Source: an uncultured virus (IMG/VR IMGVR_UViG_3300010885_030646) (Duplodnaviria; Heunggongvirae; Uroviricota; Caudoviricetes). From it: a DNA stretch of 64,000 nucleotides. The stretch lies in the IMG/VR virus record IMGVR_UViG_3300010885_030646, positions 1 through 64,000 of that record; one strand, 5' to 3'. Position 1 is the first letter of the stretch. Each line of letters begins with the position of its first letter. Shown piece by piece: positions 40,201 through 49,309 of this stretch. The translations under genes and the position numbers were made by a program. The notes under the pieces are model-generated. The model did not search any database, was not told where the DNA came from, and saw only the letters and a list, made by a program, of their open reading frames with translations.

Positions 40201-43200
40201 GGTTGTAATAGCACTGACGTAGACACGATTCTGTCGTGCGCCAGTGGGAGGATTATAAATTAAGTCGGCAAAAACACTGACGTTGTTGAGTATTACAATG
40301 TCTTCGTAGTTAACAAATTGTAATTTAACATAAGAAATTGCCTGGTTGTTTGTGCCATTTATTGTGAATCTGTTTTCTAATCGTTCAATTACCAAATTTC
40401 TAGCATCAAACGGCGTACGATTTTGATCCAGCAACATGTTTTCTGGATTCTGCACACTGATGCTGTCAACCACTGCTCCGGGTCGGTCAGCAGTCAATTG
40501 CAGTGCGGCTGGATTTAAATTGATTAAACTGTTGACAGCCCAGCCTTGGTTTGCCCAATAAAGAAACTCGCTGGCCATCTGTTTCCAGTCCAGCGTGTAG
40601 CCGTTTTCTCGTGTGTCGAACACTAGACCCTGAGTGGTCAAGTATTGTCCATAGCTCAACAAGAAGTCAACCACACTTGATTGGTTGGTGAATACAAATC
40701 CATATGGAACTTGTACAATATCATTTGTGTATTGCCGCGGAACACGCACTGTGCTGCCGCCGGCGCTGATAGTTTGTAACTCGCCACTGGCGCGACTTGC
40801 ATAAATGTCAAAGTACGGATCAGTTGTGCTGTAGCCAAATACTGCATATCCTGTATCAGTCGATTGAACAATCACTGCACTGTATGCCACACTGGCAAAC
40901 GGTGAGTTTTTATACAACATCAAGTCATAACTTTCGTCGGGCAACAGTAAACTTGAATTCAAACTGTTAGGACTAGAACGTTCTGTGTATATTTTGAGAT
41001 ATTGTTTATCTGTGAAACTTGCAGTTCTCCAACACAACCGCACGTCAAGATTTGCCAGTGCTTCTTCCAGTGCCTGTGTTGAATTGATACCCAGCTGTTG
41101 ATTGTAGTCAACGATCCAGTTGATATAACTGGCCTTGCTGACAGGTGTAACAACACCGGTTGATATGTTAACGTTGCCGCCGTATACCTGGACGCCACTG
41201 GCATCTAGTCGATATCGACCATTGTACAAATACTGTTCAAATTCTGTACTGTACTTGTAAAGATCTCGGTCTGCAAACAAACTAAAGAATTTTGCTGGGC
41301 GTGTCAGTGCCAACAGGCGCATCACAGCAAATGGATAACTACTGCTGGTCCACCATGCGGCCTCAACAGGGCCGCCGTCGCCAACAACCCAGCTCTTACG
41401 GAATGCATTGGGATTGTATTGTCCAACCACACTGTCCAATGGAGCCAGTAACTGGCCTTCTGTGCCTGTGGGTATAAAATAAGTTGACAAGTTTGGTCTT
41501 ACGAAGTCGGGTTTAATATAATATCCGTCTGGATCAGCAACAATACCCGCCTGTATATCGTCCCATAACACCAAGTTATCCTGTGTGTATGGCGCAGGGC
41601 CATAGCGTGTTTCCCACCATGCAGGCTGTTGGCTAAAGCCCAACATTTCCCACGGAGTATAATTGGGACTCAGTGTATCATAGAAATATCTACTGATGCC
41701 GCGCCAGGCTCCCAGTAATGGCAAATCTTTTTCTTTATCGCCGGCTTGGCTATAGTTGTAGGTAAATGGGTTGTTGGCAATGTACTGCTGTGTTTTATAA
41801 TCTAGTTTGTTTTGTCCTACCCAGGTCAAGAAACTTTCGCCTAGGATGGTTGTGATCTCGGCCTGCGTGTAATCAGTTGTGCGGAAATATCCTGGAATGA
41901 CTTCTTCGGGTGGGATTGGTACTGGGTTACCTTCGGTCTTTAAATTGTTAAAAATTCTGCGTTCAAATTCCAATAAAATATCATCGCGCATGTCACCAAA
42001 GGCAGCGGTAATACTGCCATCATGCCCACGGATAACAACAGTTGGGTTTACATAGTTTTCATCCAGGAACATTTCAGGTTTGTATGCCTGATATAGACCC
42101 ATTTTGGTAGGAGTATTAGGAACATAATTTCCAGCAGTGTCTGCATATTCACGAACAGTAACTACATCGCCAACTGCCAACGGAACAGTGACAGTGAGTG
42201 TCGGTCCATCTGTTGCCACTGTGTAGTCATAGTTTAGTGTCAGCAGGGTGTTGTTCAAAAACACCAATAACCCTAAGAAGTTTGCAGAAGTAAACGAGTG
42301 TGTTTGTAGTGTGTCAAATATGCCAACAGTGATCGGTGTCACTGTGTATACAGTGTCTGTGTAGACATTGCCACTGGGCAACATATCGCTGTAATAGAAA
42401 CTGTTTACATTGGTTTTACCAATGTTTAAATCAGTAACCACAGAGTCAAGAATTTCGCTTGTTGTTAAATTGCCCCATTCGCCGCGAATGGTATTTTCTA
42501 ACAGTCTGTTTTTAAACTTGGTGTATTCTCTATCGTTAAACTCCATTGACTTAAATACGTTGTACTCACTGCTTCTCATAAAGAAGCCAGCCAGAGTCAA
42601 TGGTGCGCTTTGTTCCAGTATAGTTGTGCCGTACCGACCAATGTTGCCTAGGTCTCGTGTGTTGTTTGCGCCGTTGATATCACCAGTGAAGGTAATTAAG
42701 TTTTCGGCAATACTTTCATAATGTGTTCGTATAGTGCCCAACGTAAAGTACGGACTGTTAACGTTAAACGGGTTATTTGCCAAGTTGATTGGCACTTGAT
42801 AAAAACCATTGTCGCTTGGCTCCGTACTTAATACCCGAACTTCAATGATTGATCCTGGCGTGTAGATGTTATTCAATACAATTGTGGTTGTAGCATTGGT
42901 TCTGGTTACTGTGTATTCTGCAGGCAGTATATACTTGTTGGCCACAAAAAGTTGTATTGGTGGAACAACTGTGTTCTCGGGTATATTGATATTGAATCGT
43001 AATGGAGATCCATCGTAGGTGAACTGAAATTGTTGACGAATCAAACTTGGAGTCGCAGCCACTTTCCAACCAAGTTCTCGTTCGTAGACGACTCGACTGG
43101 CATATTGATACGAGTAACCTTCACTTATATTAACAGTCTTCGAAGTGTTTTGTTCAGCATAGATAAACTGGTCTGTGTAAAAATTATTATCAAATACAAT

Positions 43201-45822
43201 GTCACCAATGTTGTTTATACTTAGATAACGCAGTGGCAATCCTAACACAGTGTCTGCGGCACCCTGGCCAGTGGCATAACTGAATAACTTACTGCCGACA
43301 AATGTAGAACTGGGGTACTTGGCACGGTCGCTGAAACTAATTCCAGCAGAATCATACACATTAAACAATGGCGCTTGGTTCGTGGCTGTCTTTTGTTGTG
43401 CTCTAATCCAAGTAACACCATCATAATAATAACTGGTTCCTTGTGTTGTTAGTCCGCTGAGTGTGACTACGGTTTGGTCAATCAACACAGTTGAGTCATC
43501 TGCAGGAACTAGATTAATGATAGGTTGTGCAATCAAGGGCGCCACAGTGTCAGGTATAATAAAATTTACAACGTAAACTTTATTTCTGACGTCTGGATCA
43601 GTGTCTGCTGCGAAAATAACACGGGTGCCGTTGACAAATTCGTATCCGTCAATGCCGTAGCCCAGTGATCCGTTGATGGTACTCAGTGCATCGGTGATAT
43701 TGAAATCAACAATATTGACCGGAAGTTTTCCTTGTGTTCCAAAATCATATAATCGTGTTCCTGCATTGAATTCTATAATAGGACGTTTAGCACGTTGAGA
43801 GTTGCTTAAAATTGGTGTTGTGTTGTTATAAGCCGCAGATGCATTGATGATATCAATATGGAACCAGCGATTACTGCGTGTCCAGGCATTTAAATCTGGA
43901 CTGGCACGTCCGATTGTGAGATACTCTGGAATCAGTGGTGAACTCAACGAAGCATCATAGTTTCCAACATCAAATGCTAGACTATCAAAAGGAATAGATT
44001 CATTTTCAGTGTATGGCTCGGGTGTAATAAAATCACTGACCAGTAGTAATCTAATAGCTGTGCCTACACCTTCAACATAGTATTCTTGATTTTCGTACTC
44101 AGCTGGTATTGTGCTGCCACGAAATTGAACCTTGAGTCCATTGGTGAACACCACACCATTTGAACTGGTATAGTTGGGTTTTCCAATGATATCGTTGATG
44201 TATGTTGTGGTTGCATTGGTTTGATCAAGTAAACGAATTTGTCCAAAAATTCCAGGGTCTGTGCCGTCTTGATAATACAATACATCTTTGATTGCTGTCA
44301 GCAACGGAATTTCTTCAAAGTACCCAGAAGCATCTTTATACCAACCAGTATTCGAATACTGTGTACCAAAGGCAATAGTAAACTTTTCTAACTCGGCCAC
44401 CGGCAATACTGGATTTAATTGAATGTACTGCTGCCCTCCTGATGATGTCACGTATGTTATTTGCCATACACTGTAACGGTCAGACTGCGTGAGTGGAATT
44501 GCCTGTGCAAATGCTGTGCTATCAAAACTACCAATTCCTGTACCAGACGCAGGCAATGGATCAAATTGACTAACAACTTCCCACCCATCGTCGCCAGTGG
44601 TTGTGTTGAGGAATACTAGTGTGCGGCCATTTAAATTTGTAATTCCATCAATCCCCGACGGATACTCTGCAAAAAATTCAGAAAGAAAAACATTGTTGAT
44701 CTGACTAAATGTCAGATTAGTGGCAAGGTCAACAGGAGCAATGCTAGTTAATCCATAGTAAAAACTCTGTGCAGTGGCAGCAGGAACACTGAATGTCACT
44801 GTTCCAAGATCTTCACCGTTGTTGGTTACACCCAACACATCTCTACTAGAAATGTTAGGTGCATAAGGCAGTACACCTTCGACGCCAGGATCAGTCTGAA
44901 TCCAGAATCCAGGGCCTGTGCCCGGAGTTCCGTCAACAATTGTCAGCACGCCTTGCATGTTAAACTGCGTTTCACTTGCGTAGTACAAGGTGTCGGGTGC
45001 GTCTTGTGGAACGGTAAATGTAATGTTGCCAGTGTTTGCACCGTTGCGACTTACACCAGTGTTGTATTGATCAATGCGGCCTTGCGACGGAGTTGTTTTA
45101 ATCCAGAATGGTGATACTACACCAAGATTTAAATTGAACACATAGGTGTTGCCACGCACCAGTGTCAGTGATGGATTTGGCAAGTAATCAATAATGTATG
45201 CTGATGTTGTGGCCGCTGTTACACGATAATTTACTGTTTCTGTTGCATTCTGTGCCACAGTAAATGTGTAGTTGCCGTTGCGCAATAGCGTAATTGTAGG
45301 ATTACTGCCGGTATAGTTTGAAAATGTATATACACCATTTTCTCTTGTGACAGTATAATCTGCAGTCAATGGAACTGCTGTACCACCTACATCAACTGAC
45401 AACGGGCCACCGGGTAGCCAATAGTATTGGCTGTAGTTTACAAACTTGTCCCAGTTAATCTGCGGATCCCAGGTATAGTATTCGCTGGTATAAAGTCGCT
45501 GGCTTTGATCAACAAACGCACCTTGTGTGCCCAACGCATCGGTAATGCCTGGATAGGTAACTGCGTCTTTGATCACTGTGGAATCAGTTTTTCTGAATAC
45601 AACGCCAGGTTCTAATTGATAGTCTCGACGAGATTCAGTAGGTTCTACAACATATCTATCGTCGGCATTTACACCTGGTCCCACACGTCGTCCAACATAT
45701 CCTTGTGTCTTTTTAAACTGCGGTTCTTGAACCAACTGGTCCAGGGTGGCAGCTAAAAATTGCTTGTTTGTGGAGGTTTGGAATATTTCTGGTAGAAAAT
45801 CTACTGTTCTCACTGTGGCCAT
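31255..45822 (-). CDS. 4,855-aa giant virion structural protein (baseplate wedge/fibre-like, multi-domain)
   Basis: Uninterrupted ORF directly after the gp6-like gene. Contains seven FG-GAP-like motifs, two CBM5/12-like motifs, many beta-rich modules and a gp7-like YIQEVKPYHVQIREF motif. Confidence 0.8.
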   Translation of the reverse strand: MATVRTVDFLPEIFQTSTNKQFLAATLDQLVQEPQFKKTQGYVGRRVGPGVNADDRYVVEPTESRRDYQLEPGVVFRKTDSTVIKDAVTYPGITDALGTQGAFVDQSQRLYTSEYYTWDPQINWDKFVNYSQYYWLPGGPLSVDVGGTAVPLTADYTVTRENGVYTFSNYTGSNPTITLLRNGNYTFTVAQNATETVNYRVTAATTSAYIIDYLPNPSLTLVRGNTYVFNLNLGVVSPFWIKTTPSQGRIDQYNTGVSRNGANTGNITFTVPQDAPDTLYYASETQFNMQGVLTIVDGTPGTGPGFWIQTDPGVEGVLPYAPNISSRDVLGVTNNGEDLGTVTFSVPAATAQSFYYGLTSIAPVDLATNLTFSQINNVFLSEFFAEYPSGIDGITNLNGRTLVFLNTTTGDDGWEVVSQFDPLPASGTGIGSFDSTAFAQAIPLTQSDRYSVWQITYVTSSGGQQYIQLNPVLPVAELEKFTIAFGTQYSNTGWYKDASGYFEEIPLLTAIKDVLYYQDGTDPGIFGQIRLLDQTNATTTYINDIIGKPNYTSSNGVVFTNGLKVQFRGSTIPAEYENQEYYVEGVGTAIRLLLVSDFITPEPYTENESIPFDSLAFDVGNYDASLSSPLIPEYLTIGRASPDLNAWTRSNRWFHIDIINASAAYNNTTPILSNSQRAKRPIIEFNAGTRLYDFGTQGKLPVNIVDFNITDALSTINGSLGYGIDGYEFVNGTRVIFAADTDPDVRNKVYVVNFIIPDTVAPLIAQPIINLVPADDSTVLIDQTVVTLSGLTTQGTSYYYDGVTWIRAQQKTATNQAPLFNVYDSAGISFSDRAKYPSSTFVGSKLFSYATGQGAADTVLGLPLRYLSINNIGDIVFDNNFYTDQFIYAEQNTSKTVNISEGYSYQYASRVVYERELGWKVAATPSLIRQQFQFTYDGSPLRFNINIPENTVVPPIQLFVANKYILPAEYTVTRTNATTTIVLNNIYTPGSIIEVRVLSTEPSDNGFYQVPINLANNPFNVNSPYFTLGTIRTHYESIAENLITFTGDINGANNTRDLGNIGRYGTTILEQSAPLTLAGFFMRSSEYNVFKSMEFNDREYTKFKNRLLENTIRGEWGNLTTSEILDSVVTDLNIGKTNVNSFYYSDMLPSGNVYTDTVYTVTPITVGIFDTLQTHSFTSANFLGLLVFLNNTLLTLNYDYTVATDGPTLTVTVPLAVGDVVTVREYADTAGNYVPNTPTKMGLYQAYKPEMFLDENYVNPTVVIRGHDGSITAAFGDMRDDILLEFERRIFNNLKTEGNPVPIPPEEVIPGYFRTTDYTQAEITTILGESFLTWVGQNKLDYKTQQYIANNPFTYNYSQAGDKEKDLPLLGAWRGISRYFYDTLSPNYTPWEMLGFSQQPAWWETRYGPAPYTQDNLVLWDDIQAGIVADPDGYYIKPDFVRPNLSTYFIPTGTEGQLLAPLDSVVGQYNPNAFRKSWVVGDGGPVEAAWWTSSSYPFAVMRLLALTRPAKFFSLFADRDLYKYSTEFEQYLYNGRYRLDASGVQVYGGNVNISTGVVTPVSKASYINWIVDYNQQLGINSTQALEEALANLDVRLCWRTASFTDKQYLKIYTERSSPNSLNSSLLLPDESYDLMLYKNSPFASVAYSAVIVQSTDTGYAVFGYSTTDPYFDIYASRASGELQTISAGGSTVRVPRQYTNDIVQVPYGFVFTNQSSVVDFLLSYGQYLTTQGLVFDTRENGYTLDWKQMASEFLYWANQGWAVNSLINLNPAALQLTADRPGAVVDSISVQNPENMLLDQNRTPFDARNLVIERLENRFTINGTNNQAISYVKLQFVNYEDIVILNNVSVFADLIYNPPTGARQNRVYVSAITTTEWNGTLNAQGFVLNRDNVKEWAPNIKYAKGEIVLYKNLYWSAQDIIQPKREFAYSDWVKSDYTKIQKGLLPNIANKADQLENSYNTQTANLEGDNDLLSFGLIGFQPREYMVALNLDDVSQVNLYQQFIGAKGTILSAELFTGARLEKESADYQIYENWAVLRGTYGANANRSYVELRLNEPLLQSDPATVQIIQPGESSLANQTVLLNDVWRESYKLTSPDFLPTTTTQITDTALPSAGYVNINDVDITVFSLDDPGTIAANLDTIGNGTKIWVAKTNSYDWNIYRATQVPGRITRVTDNLDGASLVSFTQIHNLSLGDILIVRFFNDAFNGVYRVLTTPTPTTLTVAYTFPNGNQTVITGSGIGFYLDTMRVAQASDIGTLSFANDLIPGAMAWVDNNGAGLWTVLEKQDVFAAGYALESTDPVLNSGYGSSVAQAYENIAALVGAPLYDSGVGAIYPYLRGQLNLYEASPLIQLGAADTAGYGSALDIGYQSWAIVGAPQSNSGAGYAVILYRAPASNEFLQTQLLIAPDYLTSAGSFGSAVAISRDERWAYIGAPDQDAVYAYGRVDLEIQEVTYIGNSATTTFNYSDNLVFDLVHPGQITVLVNNATQQYGVDYNLNSTSVIFTTPPLQDLPIVIIRNMLSSLDSNTYYDVEQDSTDGSGILAMFTVERIRGTYTPTITSRGAFYADGDTLTINAATIGGGTSPANDLIITVTAVDGLGAITEFTYSGAGISNTSVFDLSTTLYTATNLNSFNVKVSNVLQRPYLDYTFAGTTLTFVTVPAAGVKIDVETGSYFMYVETITGPAGSGFGTSVATATDGQQIVIGAPTDVNNSLINGSTYVYDRSVARYQVGIGETDVTTFALPAGYNTPVSVTLNNAFLTDADQILGGQFTVAGGNVILEDTVTLAVGDIIEIESNIFQLVQQITINTPFDQASFGSSVDLCSNNCSIYIGAPIDGTVLPGAGSVQRSVNQSRVYGVISSQIPNPVLTSGDTLRIDNYEIAIPASPNNTVAGLVTAINTANEGVGVPNVRASAAGDLFFVSNGAVKTYDIGVTYSKYAIYNPLVYVDNVVQIFNTDYTYNNSTGIISFITAPTAQSTIRVVQGILTLNVINSAAVLSNTRLTVLPGVVGTVFADFGFVDYVYTQTITSPAPTVDANFGAEVVIDTTATTLVVGAPRGNLYQPVTFDDNTTYFDDRSTVFSTVVVQSGVTYTFDYLPSATDSVTNPGQFVFGQQMYDNNIVELDQYGTAVSYVTGRLLIGSPGSDFGDSSNANYGRVSVFENANRTPAWTVKHVQQPVVDIALLNSVYMYDKLESTITSYLDFIDPLQGKILGVARENIDYIGAVDPANYNIGPIRNVGNPWAAARIGEIWWDTNSVRFIDPNQDDIVYASRRWSQTFPGSSVDIYQWIESDVTPAAYAGPGTPLSVLSYTARSELNTDNIFATRYYFWVRNISTVATVANKKLSTNAIANYIFNPRASGISYLAPLNASTVAIYNVISLISAQDTILHIEYDRIKNDDNVHQEYELIADGVADSFLSAGLYLKLQDSLSGINALGSQVPDPSLSPAERYGVEFRPRQSMFVDRFAALKNYFGYANRILANYPISETKSFTLLNSKDAEPTATQTYYAGTFNTGDTYTISYVGTTNFTAIGAASNTIGVLFVATGPGEGTGTATFVNWNSRVADLTELGYQNLSVVPYGYRYLVATDSSNFGFWTIYDVVTGPLVGSKELRLIRVQNYDTSRYWSYINWYTPGYNSTVNPVATVTNYAELSGITFTVAPVGSSVKVTNAPAGKFEIYQRTLTSWDRVGLEDGTIEFSATLWNYSLGNFGFDVEVFDAQYFDQEPVIETRKIVQAVNQQLFIDELAINRNRSLMLMFEFVMSEFSAPGWLLKTSLIDVNHKIRSLLPYQSYRQDNQDFVLNYIQEVKPYHVQIREFNLQYTGNDEYPGALTDFDNPAFFDETLTVPQFIAPVLLPYTQSTANSPTNPNADTASNAEIWAETPWADWYNNYTLTVQSVVITNTGSGYTVTPTITITGDAVIPAEMTAIVNSAGQIVSIDIVNYGSGYITTPIITFVGGNGSGATAAVVMGNDLVRQIKTTMKYDRYQYVSTIQEWQPNVTYEDGTQVRYANRVWQATSDDSFGVQSATFDPTNWTLVSASTLSGVDRTMGFYTPTVNQPGLSLPLLIDGVEYPGVQVFGVGYDQYPGFDVAPFDSTPFDNLTYGPEGRPTFDQSILDTIFESPYTDPYLGTRPTSINVEGGEYIDVFSSYAPEELVPGSEFDTLDMRVYTTPGADWARDGHGFRIEVRKFTVTSAGETLSFAGIAPVPATMLVANQTLGLNLIVDVDYTANWAEQTITLNSGVSVGSEIAITLYEIGGGNQLFKRSYNGAEIGSSVVVPVEYSLITQFVIFANGELTTDYTFVPYSTTSTEVVFAVPYSINDYLMISAIGPTTIDGTEIDYSWSVPVTQYITGVSGVLEYDLTNSMEYTNPDNIVVTFNGVRARTSAGIEYLADGTTDYLLPQRLGFSQSLIANNEVHVYVNNIPQVLGVDFVVEPYDPVTPRAVMFTETLTLGEKILIYVTTGTQASVVGTQLLFNTFTGMIPSNGDIIAVTSWNDTRQQDILTQVYVGPESGTALAVEPYDTTDYDVGLVTNESGSYDYSIVQSVTRNNLYLNRTILNPERLWVTLNGLQIFVNDGFTIVDNTIVLANGYVMSATDVVMITEFTDSIAPEAMAFRIFQDMRGVQATYRITPATTTYLVEPLSTTDDIIYVHNAAALNEPNLATNIWGLLTVNGERIMYRNRDTAANTVSGLRRGTAGTGVADHATDTDVYNIGRGNLLPPQFQNYIVSDSIIANGTDTIFYAPNITLTYDSAEGFDFLPYDVGTVTGEPGSYDYGAGDPTNQVEVYVGGIQLISGFSVISTNPVAVLFEVAPPEGVEVTILVRRGVTWYAPGAGTASNGVALQDTETQAARFLRGD

Positions 45823-48800
45823 TAAATTACTCCGCTGCCAGGGGCAGTTCTAAGATTTGTGCTGGTCAATGCTTCTATTACCTGAATGTCTGCCACAGTG
45901 GCTGCGTTAACAAAAATTTGATTAGGTGCTGACCGTATTTCGTACAAGTCACCAAAACTCTTTTGTGGGCTTATTGGAACCAACACAACTGAACTTACCA
46001 CATCGCCGATGTTTTGATGCAGGTATCCGGATAGTTCTGAGAAGTAGAACGTATCGCCGAAATTCCAATTTTCAATTGCAAAATAACTGTTGATAAAGGA
46101 CACCACCAAACTCTTTATTTCGCTAACGGATGCTGTGGATCCACTGGCACGAATCACCTTAATAGTTGCACGTAGTTCTGGTGCGGCCTTGAGGCCAAAC
46201 AATGGTTTAAAGTCAACTGAGTTAATGATCATGTTGTCTGAAATCATTTTATAGTCTTGTAGTCCTGCATACTCAGTAGTTAGTGTATCTAAAGATGGTG
46301 GTTCTGGCTCTGGAACTGTTCCTGTTGAGTCTACAATGTAGTTTCTATATGCTGTGTAGTATGCCTGCGTGACCACATAGACATCGATAATGTTGGTTGA
46401 TCCTGGATCAATACGATTGGTCAACGAACTGTTGTGTCTGTATTGGAAAAACAGGTCTTGTCTGCCAACGCGAGTTATGTAATCACGTGTTGTTACCAGT
46501 TCAGTGGTGCCGGTGGCAGTCAACGACAGGATATAAAATGCTGGCGATGTTGTGTATGACAGTGTTGTGGTATCGTAAACACCGTATGCATAGAACACTT
46601 GTCCAACTATGTACTGTGATTTTACCACTTCGATGTCACTCTGGGTGGCATACTGAGAATTTATAACTCCAGGTTCTACCAATACGTACCGTTGTAGATT
46701 GTTAAAGTCGACAATTTGTTGAAAGAACACATTTTTAGTTGTGGGGTTCACAGTGGGTGCAACAATTGTGTCAAAGAAGTCTGGATCATCTGGGACGCCG
46801 TCGGCATCGTTGTCTTGCCAGGAAACCAGCACTTGATAGTCATCAACATAGCCGTCTGGTTGAACTGGTTGGTCAATGATCCGCATGGAAACGTCGCTTT
46901 CAAGCGGTAAATTTGAGTCTGGTCTGCTGTTGGTTTTTAACACTTTGACAAAGTCACGGATGGTGGTTCCGGTACGACTATCATAAATTTGTTCGTCACC
47001 GTAGAAGAAGAAGCGTGTCTGTAGCACACTGCCAAAATAATAGTTCAGCGCACGGCTTGTAACTGTGTACGATTCGCCGTCGGTTATAAACTGCAAGAAC
47101 CAGCTGGCATCTAAGTTTGCGCCAGTGGTGTCACCTTCGTATGTTTGGCTCCAGGTAGCATCAATAGCAAGATTATTTGCAGTTATTAAATACCAGGTTT
47201 TGGTTAGATTATTATAACCCAGTCCAAAGTTACGATACAATTCAATCTGTGCGGCAGCACTGTTACGCACATCTGTTCCTAGGTCTGTTACAAACAATGG
47301 AATAACTTGACTGCATACTGCGCCAGTGGGCACAAAATTATTAAGCACCACAGGTCCAACTCCGTTGCTAAAATTGCCAAGACCTTGATTTGTTCCGTCA
47401 TTGTATATTGCCATGGCTGACGCCCAGATTATTAACTTTTCATCTGCTCGAGTTGGTGTGCCCAACACTAATGTATTATTGGCATCAAAGTAATAGCCCG
47501 AAGGAGGAACAAACTTAATCAAACTGCCAGTTTGAACATATTGCATGTTATTGCTGGCGTATTGTCCAACTGGTACAGGATTTCCTGCAGAATTTTTAAA
47601 ATAACCTGTTGTTTCATTGGCCAGAGTTGTGCTTTCGTTCCAGGTCACTGCCAGTGGCAACAACGACAGGCGAGGGAAATTAGCATAGTAAAATTGTTTA
47701 GCAGGACTGTTGGCCAAGTTGACTTCAACTTGATTGGTGAGAACATCACCAATTTCATTGGTTGTCAGCCACGTGAATAGGAACGTAGGCAACGCATTAT
47801 ATTCGTACAAGGCACCATCACTGGAGAATGTGTTGGTACTTGAATATTTTCCAGTATTGTCAACTAGGTCAAGGTATCGACTTGTGCCAATTGACGCACG
47901 GTTCAGTGCTTTAGATTTAATAATTGAATTGTACTGAGTGAACGGAAAGTTGTTGTAGTCCTCACCATTGACCATGCGATTCTGTGTGTAGTACCGGGCC
48001 GGTGCACGTTGCTTGATATCATCAATGGTTTCGCGAGCAAGAGCATTGCTCACTGGCTCAGTGATACCACATGTCATTGTGAGTGTTTCTAGTTGTCCAG
48101 TACGGCTGACATAACTGATGCTCAATAAAACATTTTGCATCTCTTCAGGATTGATAATGTACTGCAATCCGTTTGATGCACGAACATAAGCACGGAAAGT
48201 GCCAACAGGAATTTCTGAGAATACACCATCACCAAAGTTCATGGTAATTTGATCATTGGCTCTGCTGGTAACCGAGTATATTGATCGTAGCGTTGTGAGC
48301 TGTTCGGCTGCGGCAGTGTACACACTTTCAACAAACTCCCACTCACGACTTATGTTGCCCACATTGTCTAATTGATATAGCCAACGGTCAGTGTTATTGA
48401 CGCCTTCAATATTGATGTTGACTGCACGGTTAGAAATTCGTTCAGGCAAGTTAAAATCTTGGTTTTGTAGCACACCTTGTTTGAACAAGAAAAAGAATCC
48501 GGTGTTGGCAGAAGCAAATCCCAGTTGGTCATTACGAAACAACACATTAAATTGTCCGTTAGGACGTGGACTAGGTTCGTATACATAGCCGCGGCCACTG
48601 GCTGTGGCACTGACTGCTTCAAATGGCATGTTGACACCATCCACAACAGAACTGTAAGGGATCACCGGCAAGAAGCCTGGCAACAAGTTGATTGTGTATT
48701 CGTCTGTACGAATTCCGTTAATGGTAGTTCTGTTGCCAGGACGGCCTGTGCGTTGTGTGTTGACCAATGCGGCATTTAAGATAGCAGTAAATTGTTCTTG

Positions 48801-49256
48801 CCAGTCAAAGTTAGTTGGGTCGGCCCAGTTAACAGTGATATTGCTCAGGTTAATGCCGTTGTAGTCCACAATGTTTTCTGTGGTTTGAATTGAAAATACT
48901 TTAAGGTATCCAGATGCTTCTGTGTTACGCTTGGGAGTGTAGCTGACCAAATTGGCAAGTTTAACCACACTGTCACGACGTTCAGCAGTGTCTAAATAAT
49001 TTTCACGTGTGTTGAGATCAGTACGGAAGGCCAGTGCTTGACCCATAAACGCCATCACATCTAGTAGAGCAATAAATTCACTTGACTCAATGTAATCGTT
49101 GAATGTTTCTGGATAGTACAGTCGTATGTAGTCAACAAAACTCTTGCGAAGAGTTTCAAAGTCATAACTTTGGAAGTTGGCTTCTTGGTAGGTTTGATAG
49201 ATTCTTTTCCAATCCTCAACACCAAATACCGCAGTTTGTCTAGTAGTTTTTGCCAT
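45822..49256 (-). CDS. gp6: Baseplate wedge protein, T4 gp6-like
   Basis: YDFETLRKSFVDYIRLYYPETFNDYIESSEFIALLD, ENYLDTAERRDSVVKLA, FGDGVFSEIP, ETIDDIKQRAP...QNRMVNGEDY. Follows gp25. Confidence 0.85.
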   Translation of the reverse strand: MAKTTRQTAVFGVEDWKRIYQTYQEANFQSYDFETLRKSFVDYIRLYYPETFNDYIESSEFIALLDVMAFMGQALAFRTDLNTRENYLDTAERRDSVVKLANLVSYTPKRNTEASGYLKVFSIQTTENIVDYNGINLSNITVNWADPTNFDWQEQFTAILNAALVNTQRTGRPGNRTTINGIRTDEYTINLLPGFLPVIPYSSVVDGVNMPFEAVSATASGRGYVYEPSPRPNGQFNVLFRNDQLGFASANTGFFFLFKQGVLQNQDFNLPERISNRAVNINIEGVNNTDRWLYQLDNVGNISREWEFVESVYTAAAEQLTTLRSIYSVTSRANDQITMNFGDGVFSEIPVGTFRAYVRASNGLQYIINPEEMQNVLLSISYVSRTGQLETLTMTCGITEPVSNALARETIDDIKQRAPARYYTQNRMVNGEDYNNFPFTQYNSIIKSKALNRASIGTSRYLDLVDNTGKYSSTNTFSSDGALYEYNALPTFLFTWLTTNEIGDVLTNQVEVNLANSPAKQFYYANFPRLSLLPLAVTWNESTTLANETTGYFKNSAGNPVPVGQYASNNMQYVQTGSLIKFVPPSGYYFDANNTLVLGTPTRADEKLIIWASAMAIYNDGTNQGLGNFSNGVGPVVLNNFVPTGAVCSQVIPLFVTDLGTDVRNSAAAQIELYRNFGLGYNNLTKTWYLITANNLAIDATWSQTYEGDTTGANLDASWFLQFITDGESYTVTSRALNYYFGSVLQTRFFFYGDEQIYDSRTGTTIRDFVKVLKTNSRPDSNLPLESDVSMRIIDQPVQPDGYVDDYQVLVSWQDNDADGVPDDPDFFDTIVAPTVNPTTKNVFFQQIVDFNNLQRYVLVEPGVINSQYATQSDIEVVKSQYIVGQVFYAYGVYDTTTLSYTTSPAFYILSLTATGTTELVTTRDYITRVGRQDLFFQYRHNSSLTNRIDPGSTNIIDVYVVTQAYYTAYRNYIVDSTGTVPEPEPPSLDTLTTEYAGLQDYKMISDNMIINSVDFKPLFGLKAAPELRATIKVIRASGSTASVSEIKSLVVSFINSYFAIENWNFGDTFYFSELSGYLHQNIGDVVSSVVLVPISPQKSFGDLYEIRSAPNQIFVNAATVADIQVIEALTSTNLRTAPGSGVI

Positions 49257-49275
49257 AATAATCCATCTTGTAGAT

Positions 49276-49295
49276 TATTTATGGCGAAAATAAAC
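49276..49295 (-). promoter_or_regulatory. Late promoter with upstream GTTTATTT element
   Basis: Minus strand GTTTATTT-tcgcc-ATAAATA upstream of the gp6-like gene. Confidence 0.65.
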
Positions 49296-49309
49296 CACCC
49301 AGTTTATGT

